Below, piece by piece: positions 35,837 through 47,800 of a DNA stretch of 64,000 nt. How positions within the stretch are numbered: the first letter of the stretch is position 1; every line of letters begins with the position of its first letter. The position numbers and the translations under genes were made by a program. This stretch comes from Octopus sinensis (Eukaryota), in NCBI RefSeq assembly GCF_006345805.1, contig NC_043017.1, positions 10,044,001-10,108,000 on the forward strand. The letters run 5' to 3'. The notes beneath the pieces were generated by a model. The model saw nothing but the letters and a program-made list of their open reading frames with translations, had not been told where the DNA came from and made no database searches.

Positions 35837-38800
35837 CTGAAAATAGAACAAGCAAAACAGAATAAATTAAAGGGACAAGAAAGAGCCAGCAAATCTTTTT
35901 TAAGGGCCTGGGGTACTCGATACCATCAGCCTTGACTGGTACTTTATTTTACAGACCCAGGAGGGATGCATCATATCCAGTTCTCACAGGCACTTTACTT
36001 TATCAACTCTGGAGGGATACACCAGGCTCAGGGGAACAGACATGGCTATGTGGTTAAGAAGTTTGCTTCCCAACCATGTGGCCTTGGGTTCAATCACACT
36101 GAACGGCACTTGCTATAACCCCAGGTTCTCATTCCTATGGTATTTTGCGATGTTATTATTATTCAGGTTACTGCTTGGAATCGAACTTGGAATCTTGGGG
36201 TTAGTGGCCCATGCTCTTAACCACTACACCATATACCCAGGCATATGGCATATTGGATAAGAGCGCAGGGTACTAATCCCAAGATTCCAAGTTCGATTCC
36301 AAGCAGTAATAATATCAAAAAATTCCCTAGGAATGAGAACCCAGGTTCGAAATTTCCCCCAAGACACCTGATGAAAGCTGGAGGGTATATCAGCTGAAAA
36401 GTTATCAACAAACAAGATGAGGACAAATATCCGTCAAATGTAAATAATTCCTCATCTCTTAAATATGGAACTGTACTTCAATTCATGTTGGCAAAAGTGA
36501 GTAATCCTGCAACAGACTAGCGTCCGATCCAGGGGGAACGTTGTGACCTCAGTCACTTCTATGCCGTAGAAACAGGATAACTGATCTGAAGAGTCTGAGG
36601 ACTCAAGACTGTAATATCTAGAGGTCTTACTACATATTCTGATGTACAACTGGATACATTTGTCAGAAGTTATAAGAAATCCAGAGGCATGTTCCAAGAT
36701 AATTGCCCAATTCATCAGGGCTGAACAATCATCATTACCATTGTTTAACGTCTTGTTTTCCATGCTGGCATGGCTTGGATGGTTTGACAGGAGCTGGCCA
36801 GGTAGAAGACTTCTGTGTTTATTTTGGCATAGTTTTTATGGCTGGATGACCTTCCTAACACCAACTACCCCGCAGAGTGGACTTATACAATCTGTTCCAG
36901 AAACATGTCCAGCCATTGAGCTGTTTAAAAAGGGACTTTGGAGGAAATATTATCAACTGACTTGGAAACAGGTGAGGGTTGGCAACAGGAAGAGCATCCA
37001 GCTGTAGAAAATCTGCCTCAAATTTTGTCCAACCCTTGCAAGCATGGAAAAACAGACTAGTTTCCTTTTTTTTTTTCCTCTCTTTTAAATACAGCTTTAA
37101 AACTTCCAAAGATATTTGTTCAAGATTGGTTAGTTTACTTACCAGAACTCTGGTGTACAGCTGAACGCGTTTGTCGGAGGCTATGAGAAAATTAGAGGCA
37201 CGTCCTGAAATGATTGCTGAACTCATGAGGGCTGAACCAAACAGACGGTACAAATGAGCGTGAACAACGTTTAATCTTGGTAAAGAAGTCTGCGGGAGAG
37301 AAACATATTGATCTTCAATCTCTTAGTAACAAAAACAAGAAGAAAAAAAAGAAAATAAACGATTTGTTTTAGTTAAAATAGTAGGAAAGCAACAAAACAT
37401 TTAGAGTATTTGACCCTTTAGCATTTAAGCCGACTCAATTTGGCCCAATATTCCACCTGTTTTATGTTCAAAACAGTCAGATTCAGCCTCTCACACCTAC
37501 CCTACAATGTCATTCAAAACAAGTGTAATCCTTCTTTATTCACATTGTTTGACAGAGAAGTCTGAATGCTAAAGGGTTAAATATCTATGGCATCTCATGG
37601 GTTATGGCCATTAAATAACTATCCTCTCACAGGAAGAGCAGGCCTGGTTGTGTGGTAAGGAGTCTGCTTTCCAACAGAACAGTCACAGGTTCAGTCTCAC
37701 TGTGTGACACCTTGTGCAAGCCTCTTCAGTTATAGCCTCAGGCCAACCAGATGGAAACAGAAAGAAGCCCATTTATATATATAGGCGCAGGAGTGGCTGT
37801 GTAGTAAGTAGCTTGCTTATGAACCACATGGTTCCGGGTTCAGTCCCACTGCGTGGCATCTTGGGTAAGTATCTTCTGCTTATAGCCCCGGGCCGACCAA
37901 TGCCTTGTGAGTGGATTTGGTAGATGGAAACTGAAAGAAGTCTGTGTGTATATGTTTATGTGTCTGTGTTTGTCTCCCTAGCATTGCTTGACAACCGATG
38001 CTGGTGTGTTTACATCCCCGTCACTTAGCGGTTCGGCAAAAGAGACCGATAGAATAAGTACTGGGCTTACAAAGAATAAGTCCCGGGGTCGAGTTGCTCG
38101 ATTAAAGGTGGTGTTCCAGCATGGGCGCAGTCAAATGACTGAAACAAGTAAAAGAGTATATGTGTGTTTGTCCCCCACCATCACTGCTTGGCAACCGGTG
38201 TTGGTGTGTTTACACCTCTGTAACTTAGTGGTTTGTCAAAAGAGACAGATAGAATAAATAGTAAGCTTGCAAAAAGCCTTGGTGGTCGATTTGTTCGACT
38301 GAAACCCTTGAAGTTGGTGCTCCAGTATGGCCGCAGTCATATGACTGGAACAAGTAAAAGAATAAAATACTAAGGAAACACAAAGGGGCCACCACATGAA
38401 CAATGACCCCAAATCTTTCAGAATAATTGTCAAAAAACACAAACACTGAATTTCTGTGTCTTGTTTTTTCGCATTTTTACCTGAACTCTCAAAAGCCAAA
38501 CGGGATAGGCATAAAACATGATTCCAAATATCAGCGTGATGACGAAATCGGTGTGAAGGAAGTTGTTCAGCTTGCTCCGTGTTTCCATGTAGCCACCCCA
38601 CTCAGTGCTCCGCATGCAGTAGATCAAGTTACCCAGGGTCCACAGAACTGTCAGCAACACACTGATGTACAAATGCTGTAAAACAAGAATAATTTAAAAA
38701 ATAAGAAATACACAAATAAATAAACACATAAATAAAATCGTTGAGTGCAGTCCCTTGGGTCACAGGTTGTAGCGCTGTGTGTGGGTGTGAGGTAAGGATA

Positions 38801-41800
38801 TTTCTGTTACCCACGATTCACAAGGCACACTCATATATAAAAAAGGCTGCAAACATGAATATTTTATTCGTATCTATTGTAAGGCACAGGGTCTGAAATA
38901 CTGGGGGAGGGGCCAAGTTTGATCACATCGGCCCCCAGGGCTGCTTGTTTGGTACTTAATTTATTGACCCTGGAAAAATGAAAAGCAAAGTAGATCTTGG
39001 TGGAATTTGAACTCAGAATGTAATGACAGATGAAATTGTCTGGCAAGGCTGACTGACAATTCTGCCAGCTCACCACCTTATTAATAATTATTTAAAATTT
39101 TTGCCACAAGGGGAGGTGGGGATGAGTCGATTACATTGACCCCCAGTGTTTAACTGGTACTTATTTTATCGATCCCGAAAGGATGAAAGGCAAAGTCAAC
39201 CTCGGCAGAATTTGAACTTAGACTGTAGCATTGGGTGAAATACCGTTAAGCATTTCATCCAGCTTGCTGCCTTACACCACCTTATTAATAATATAATTAA
39301 TAACTCCATGAATAAAGAAATAAAAATGTCCAGTGCTGTTACTTGGGCTGGTGGATGTGGATGGCATGGTGGGCAATGCTGTGTGGAGTATATGGGATCT
39401 GTGTTGAGCATTGTGTGTGTGTGTGTTCTGTAGAGTAGCAGTAGTAGTAGAGTGTGTGCAGGGGGTAGTATTGAGTGGATTGTGTATTGCGTATGCAGGA
39501 TGTGTGTGGGCGAGTGGGTTTGTGAATGTTAAGTGGAGTTGAGTGTGTGTGAATGGAATATCACGAGTGCAATGTGAACAATGAGTGTGTGTGTATCAGA
39601 GTGTAGTATTGTGTATGAAAATGCATTTAGATTTTAGTAGATAAAACAGACAGCCCAGAAGAGAGAGAGAGAGAGAGAGAGAGAGATGTATAAGCAACAG
39701 AAAGACAGATGAGTAAAGAGAGAGGAATGATTATTTTAAATCGTTTGGATCACAGGACACCACTGAACACTTCCACTTCATATAAAACAAAGAGCAAGAG
39801 CAGTTACCCCAGACGCTTCTCCAATACAGAAGTTGTATCTGGTTTTCTTCCCCAATCATCATCATCATTTAGCGTCCGTTCTCCATGCTAGCATGGGTTG
39901 GATGGTTCAACTGGGGTCTGTGAAGCTGGAAGGCTTCATCAGGCCCAGTCAGATCTGGCAGTGTTTCTACGGCTGGATGCCCTTCCTAACGCCAACCACT
40001 CCGTGAGTGTAGTGGATGCTTTTTACGTGCCACCCGCACAGGTGCCAGACAGAGCTGGCAAACGGCCACGAACGGATGGTGCTTTTACGTGTCACCGGCA
40101 CGGGGCCAGGCGAGGCTACAGCATAAAATATTCATCCTTTATATAAAGCAGTCATAGAGTAGGCTATCACTGTAGTGGATAGCCAAGTCATTGATTAAAC
40201 AATATACTTCATACACAGGTGTTACAACCTAGAAGTTTGCTTCCCAGCCATGCGACTCCAGATTCTGTCCCACTGCGTAGCACCCTGGGGAAGTGTCTCC
40301 TACTACAGCTCCAGGCAGACCAAAGTCACAAGCGTGGATTTGGTAGAGGAAAACTGAAAGAAGCCAGTTTGCTTGTGTGTATCCTTGTCTCGACATCACA
40401 TGATGGCTGTAGTAAACAAGCGCCACCACCCTACGAGTGGGATCTTTATTTCTAGTCTTCCATGAAGAACGTGTCTGGCCATGAGGAAATATGATCTTGT
40501 TTGGAAACAGGTGAGGTTTGTTGAGAAGAAAGGTAACAGGTTGCTGAAAATCAGCTTCAAGAATGGACAAGTGGACATTAGAACAATGATGATGATGCAC
40601 AGAATAGCTTAAGCCAGAAGGACTGAAATAAATTCAAAAATTGGAAATATTGCTTTCAAATTTTAGTGCAAGGCCAGCAATGTGGGGGGAGTGGGCAAGT
40701 CGTGATAGAACTCAACTGGTGCTTATTTGTTCAACTCCGAAAGGGTGAAAGGCAAAGTCGACCTTGGTGGAATTTGAACTTAGAGCATAAAGATGTGATA
40801 TGGTGTGCACCAAGCATTTTGCTTGGTGTGCTAACGATTCTGCCAGCTCACCATCTTGTAGTCTTGAAATATTAGAAGACATGTTTATGCTTTTATATCT
40901 CTCTCACAGTCAGGCTTTCTAGAGAGAGAGAGAGAGAGAGAAGGAGAGAGAGAGGAAGAGAGAAGGAGAGAGAAGTTGTAAAACATAAAGAAGGAAGAAT
41001 GAATGTAAGAAAAAAACAAAAGGAGAGAAAGGTGGAGAAGCAAATCAAAGAAGGAGAATGGGGAGATGAGGAGATAAATTCAAACAGGAAGATCAAACAA
41101 CTTGACAACTTACCTCTTGGGTCATACGACTGGCTTTGTTGAACTGAGCAAAACCTTGAGCAAGTAAAGCAGCTGCTCCACCCTAAAGAAAACGGAAAAA
41201 TAAAAAAAAGGGAGAATTTAATTGACATAGGTTTTATTCAGAGAGCAATGGTAGACATGTTCCCTGTTCAATATTTCATGGCCACAAAGCGGCAAGCCTA
41301 TATATATATATATATATATATATATCGAAATCGTTCAACATCAATGGAAATTGTGGCTGTGGTACCAGTGCCGGTGGCACGTAAGAGAACCATCCAAACG
41401 TGGCCGTTGTCAGCGCCGCCCTGACTGGCCTCCGTGCCGGTGGCACGTAAAAAGCACCATCTGATTGTGGCCGTTGCCAGCCTCGTCTGGTCCCCGTGCC
41501 GGTGACATGTAAAAAGCACCACCCGATCATGGTCGTTTTGCCAGCCTCCTCTGGTACCTGTGCAGGTGGCATATAAAAAGCACCCACTACACTCTCGGAG
41601 TGGTTGGCGTTAGGAAGGGCATCCAGCTGTAGAAACACTGCCAGATCAGACTGGGCTTGGCGCAGCCTTCTGGCTTCCCAGACCCCAGTTGAACCTTCCA
41701 ACCCATGCTAGCATGGAAAACGGACGTTAAATGATGATGATGATGATATATATATACACACACACACGTGTGTGTGTGTGTCTGTTTGTCTCTCATCACT

Positions 41801-44800
41801 GCTTGACAACTGGTACTGGTGTGTATCCTGTCACTTAGCAGTTTGGCAAGGAGACTGATAGAATTAAGTAGCAGGGTTAAAGAGGTAAGTACTGGAGTCA
41901 ATTTGTTTTGGTGCCCCAGCATGGCCACCCTTTAATGACTGGAACAAATAACAGAAAAAAAAACCGAAAAGGTCTGCTACTCTCCCCTCATATCCCCTTG
42001 TATCTTGAGATGGTCTGGCATCTCATCACCACCATTTCTATATCCTTTCCAGCTTATCCCACCCACCACTATAAGCTACATGTCTACCACATGTGAGGTA
42101 GCCATGTAGCTTACTCAATAGCAAGGTACCTGGGCTGTCCTCTGATATTTTAGCCCCTCAACACCAGGCATATAATCACATCCTCCTTCTCCCTCAATCC
42201 CTTCCCTCCTGCTTAGATGAAGGGGCTTTGGTCCTTTTTCTTTCTACTGTACTTTCTTGCCTTGCAAGTTACCTGGCAAACACTCACCTGTGCCATTAGC
42301 AAGAAGGAAAGCACTCAGTCCACACTCTATGAAGTGGTTGGCATCAGGAATGGCACCCAGCCATAGAAACCGTGCCAGGGCTGACATTGGAGCTCAACAC
42401 AACACTGTAGCTTGATGGATCTCGTCAAACTGTCCAACCCATCCATGCCAAACACATTAAATAATGATATACATATGTGGGGAGGGACATGTGAGTGTGT
42501 ATACGTGTACGCACATGTGTATATATATATGGACACAGTGATGAGACAATGTATGTCTATGAAAGCAGAAGTTGCTTCCCAACCACATGGCTTTGGGTTC
42601 AGTCCCTCTGTGCAGCACCTTCAGCAAGTGACTTCTATAACCCTGAGCAAACGAAAACCTTGTGAATGGATTTGGCAAACTAGGAAGGTCATGGCTGGAA
42701 TTCTTTTGATTGTAAGTCTGCTCATTCAGGGTTGACCTGGGGCTAAACAGCGACATGTTTCTACAGCCCACCCACTGCATTGTTACTGAAACCACCACTG
42801 TCCCCCCCTTCCCAACCCTGCTTCTACTGCTGCCATGACAACCACTACAACAATCCTGATCTTCATTGTTATCACCATCACCACCACCATTAACTTCATT
42901 ATAACCACCATTACTAGCAGAACACAAATATTACACAACTCAAACCATCACACACCAACATCAACAATGCTATTGTAATACCCACCAACACAACCCCCCT
43001 CCAGTACTGTAAACACCACAACCTTTTCCCATGCCACAACTGCCATCACCGCACACTTCAGTTCCAGCAGTGATACAAAATTTGAACCAAGTCAGTGTGC
43101 TAGGAAAGATAAAGCCATTCTTTAATGTAAAACCATTGTTGTCATACTGTGGCATCGAGAAAACAGACGGCTTTTATATAGATTCAGGAATTCCCCACCT
43201 ACTATAATACATATAAATACATACATACATACGTACGCTCAGAACAGAGCGATGGATGAAATACCACTAAGCATTTTGTCCAGTGTGCCAACAATTCTGC
43301 CAGCTTGCTACCTTCTTACCACCTTAATAATAAGAATTATATACATACATTTATACATACATATTTATATTTACACACGCCAGCGCCACCTTGACTGGCT
43401 TCCGTGCCAGTGGCACGTTAAAAGCACCAACCGATCGTGGCCGATGCCAGCCTCCCCTGGCACCTGTGCCGGTGGCACGTAAAAAGCACTCACTACATTC
43501 GCGGAGTGGTTGGCGTTAGGAAGGGCATCCAGCTGTAGAAACACTGCCAGATCAGACTGGAGCCTGGTGCAGACCCTGGTCGAACCGTCCAACCCATGCT
43601 AGCATGGAAAACGGATGATGATGACATACACACATCCATATGTAAATGTATGTACATGTGCATATATGAATTCATGTCCATACACACCCAAATACAAATG
43701 CATGTATATGTTACAAAAGACTGCACTAACATAATGATAGATTTGCAGTAATAGTTTTAGAAGTAGTAATGGTAGTTAGTAATAGTTAGTAGCAGGGGTG
43801 GTAGTATTTGGTAAGGTGCAGTAGTAGTAGTAACAGTGGTGGTGATAGAAGGGGCAGCGGAATAGGACCGTTCGATGACTAATTAGAGAAATCACACTGT
43901 AAGATACTCCAATACTGGCCTGTTATTGTTCCCTCTACCCTGCCCCGCCTCAGCACCACACCATGCCCGCTACCCCTTCTGCAACATTTATGTGTAAAAC
44001 AACAAGCAAGTTGTTACATAAACTGGATAGACAACTATTGACTGTTATACAACACACAAATACACACACACAACACCGTATATGCATATATACTCCCCCA
44101 CCACACATTACATACACACACACATATATATATAAACACATACATACGTCCCCACCACATGCCTTACATGCATATATGTATGTACTATACTCACACACAA
44201 AAACACCATATACATATATACTCCCAAACACACACATGCATACACATACATACACACACATTTATTCATTATACGTACCATAATCAATTCCAAATTACAC
44301 ACCTACTCAACAACCAGTTAATTTCTAAAGCAAAGAAAAACCTGTAATGGGACCCCGATATATTTGTCCCCATTTTGCTCCAATCAATTTGCCATTCCAG
44401 ATTCCTACCTTTACTGCAGTTTTACTCTCTTACAAAACTATTCAAGACCCTCATTTCATCTTCTTGCTTTCCTAGGAGATATCGAGCAGGTGCAGGTGTG
44501 GCTACATGGTAAAAACGTTAGCACGCCGGGCGAAATGCTTAGCAGTATTTCGTCTGCGTTACGTTGTGAGTTCGAATTCCGCCGAGGTCGACTTTGCCTT
44601 TCATCCTTTCGGGGTCGATAAATTAAGTACCAGTTACGCACTGGGGTCGATGTAATCGACTTAATCTGTTTGTCTGTCCTTGTTTGTCCCCTCTATGTTT
44701 AGCCCCTTGTGCGTAGTAAAGAAATAGGTAAGGAGTTTGTGTTCCACCCACATGGTTTTGGGTTCCGTCCCACTGTGTGGCACCTTGGGAAAGCATGACG

Positions 44801-47800
44801 AAAGCCTTGTGAGTGAATTTGGTTGATGGAAACCAAAAGAAGCCTGTTATGGAAGGGGAGAGCCAAGCAGTGACGAGTACAAATACAAACTCGTCACCAG
44901 TTCAAGTATGCTTGTGGCATGTTTGAATTCATAAACACGCCATTAAGTGTCTTTTGTTGTGGAGGAAATTTCTTGGTATGGTGTAAACATACCTAAATCA
45001 GCTTGAAGCGCCACCTATCCAGACTAATATGCAAACATTTCGGGGTAGTTGTCTCCTCTTCAGTCAAAGAAACCAGGTGGTGGTGCTGCGACCTGATAAG
45101 AGAGACACTGTCTCCTATGTTATTCCAGGCATTGTATGTTGGCTGACCATAAATAAATTACGAGATGAGAGTGCCAAGCAGTGAAGTGCATAAAGGCAAT
45201 GTTATTACCCGTTTGAATATGCGAGTGGCATGTTTGAATTTATAAGCGAGACATTCACTGTGCTTTGTCATGGAGAAAATTTCTCGATGTAGACATATGG
45301 TGTAAATACAGCTAGATCAGTTTGCAGCGCCACCTATCCAGACTGTGAGATACAAGCATTTCAGAGTGATTACCTCCTCTTCAGTCACAGACACTAGGCG
45401 GAGGGACGCTGCAAATTGATGTCATGGGGAAACATTTACCTTGCTCGGAAACTGGTATGGGTTGGTGACAATGAGGTCATCTGGCCATAAAAAAATCTGC
45501 CTCAACAAATTCCATCTCACCCATGCAAGCATGAGAAAATGGACATTAAAACGACGACGATGATGATGATGATGTTAAAGTAGACAACAACTACATCAAT
45601 GCTTCCAGTTTATAACAATCATAAACACTACTGCCCCCTCCACCGACATTCACATGTGAGTCTGTGTGTTTGTGTATGGACACCATCGGTGAAGGTACTT
45701 AGCACAGTGGTTAAGGTATTCAGCTCACAATTGTATGGTCATAAGTTTGATTCCTGGTGGCACAGTGTGTCCTTGAGCAAGACACTTTATTTCTCATTTG
45801 CTCCAGTCCACTCACCTGGCAAAAATGAGGTGTACCTGTATTTCCAACAGGCCAAGTTTGTCACGTTCTGCGTCACAATGAATCTCCCTGAAAACAACGT
45901 TAAGAGTATGTGTGTCTGTGGAATACTCAACCACTTGCATGTTAATTTCACAAGCAAGCTGTTCCATTATCTGAATCAGCTGGAACCCTTGTCATCGTAA
46001 CCGAATTGGTTCTTACATTTTGTTATCTGCAGATAATTTTACCAGTCTTGGGCGTGGCCTGTAAGCCAAAATTCATGGGTATTCACCTTTGTTTGACTGT
46101 TGGAAAAAAAAAAAAAGAATAAATAAACTTCATTTACTCCCTATTAACTGTTTGTTATCATTTTTCTGTTTATGCACCCTGCATCTGTTCTCAAGTAGGT
46201 TGGTGATTTCAAAAGAGTTAAACAACACAGCTGCCCCCCCTTGCTTCCAATCCAATTCAGCTCAGCCTCCTCTCCAATAAATCCAAACATTTATTATACA
46301 ACACATGAAACAGAAGACATTCATTCAATCTCACACCGATCATATTACACTGTACATACTTCTAACCACAGGCGTGGCAGTGTGTGGTTAAGAATGGAAG
46401 GCGGATGTTAAGCAATGCTGAAGGGCCTCCGTACAGTTTCCGTCCACCAAATTCATTCACAAGGCATTGGACAGCCTGGGGTAATGTTACAAGAGTGTAC
46501 AGTGCTGCACAGTAGGACTGAACTGGAAACCATTTGGTTGTGAAGCGAACTTCTGAAACATTTCTTGATACCTACATAGATAAGAAAAAATAAATCTCTC
46601 TCTATATAAACGGCAGTTTGTCTGTGCGTTTTCTGTGTGTCTGTTTTCTCGTACCCTCACTCTGACCACGGCTTTCAACCGATTCTGATGAAACTTGACA
46701 CACACATAGCCCAATGTCATAATTCAAAACTAACGCAGCGAAAATTTTGAAAAGTTCCCCCAGTTCTGAAAAAAATCGATAAATTCGACATGGGGTCGAG
46801 AATCAGAAACCCAAACCACAGACCGTCTAGGGGACGCAACTCCACCTTTTTTAACTCTCAAAAAAATTTACCATCATTTTTTCCCCCATTTTTTTGCTAT
46901 TTTTTGGCTATAACTCTCTAAAAATGCTTTATAGTTATTTCCCTTACAAACCTGAGCAACGCCGGGCGATACTGCTAGTAGTAAATAAAATAGAGTAACT
47001 TACCATCACCCTGGCCCACATCAGGGTCGTGTGGACGGTGATGTCTTTGGAATTGCGTACGTTCCACCAAAGATAGGCTGAACCAAGCAGCATTATACCA
47101 AATGCTCGAACCATGAACAGATGAACGCCATCAACACGAACTTCAACCTGTAAATTAAACAGAACAGGTGTAAAAAAAAAAAATAATAAAGTCACATATT
47201 TTGAAGAAGGAAGGATGGGTGCAGACTCTTAAAAGAGCTGGTTATATAACTGGTACTAATTTTATAGTGAAGGCACATGGCCTTGTGCTTAGGGTGTTGC
47301 ACTTGCGATTGCAAGGTTGTGCTTTCAATTCCTGTACTAAGCAATGCATTGCATTCTTGAAGAAATCACTTTGTCTCACTTGGCTCTGCAATCAGTTCAA
47401 CCTCTGACAAGTGGCACAATGTGAACCTCTTCAGCTAAGAGTGAGCTAATGTACAAGCATTTCATCACTATAAACAATTCGTCTGTGCATGTTGCTCAGC
47501 AAGAAACTGTGGCAAAATTCAATCTATGGGGTTTATGACAGGAAAATCTACTGCTTACTTTATGACCATCACACCTCAACTGGAAGGATTTATGCTCTTA
47601 CAATGAAAAAAACCCCAAGAATTAGCAAGTTTCTTATAATATCACTGACCTCCTTCATGGAATCATTGATAACTTATTAACTCTGATCAAATGAATTTCT
47701 AAAATTTCCTTGTGTCATTACTGCTTTTGTTTAGAAATATTTGGAGAAATTTCATGAAAACATTTCACAAAATTAATAAAGAATAATAAAGATTCCATCA

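Larger units (their letters stand above)
44855..45420 (-). mobile_element. Diverged tandem dimer of a ~310-320 bp hammerhead-containing unit (retrozyme or Penelope pLTR-like)
   Basis: Shared anchors GCCAAGCAGTGA (44862/45173), GTGGCATGTTTGAATT, AGCGCCACCTATCCAGACT (45007/45326), TCTTCAGTCA (45057/45378). Confidence 0.7.

Noticed and set aside
37784-37860. tRNA gene
   Set aside because: tRNA-like head of a high-copy SINE; no complete cloverleaf with acceptor stem
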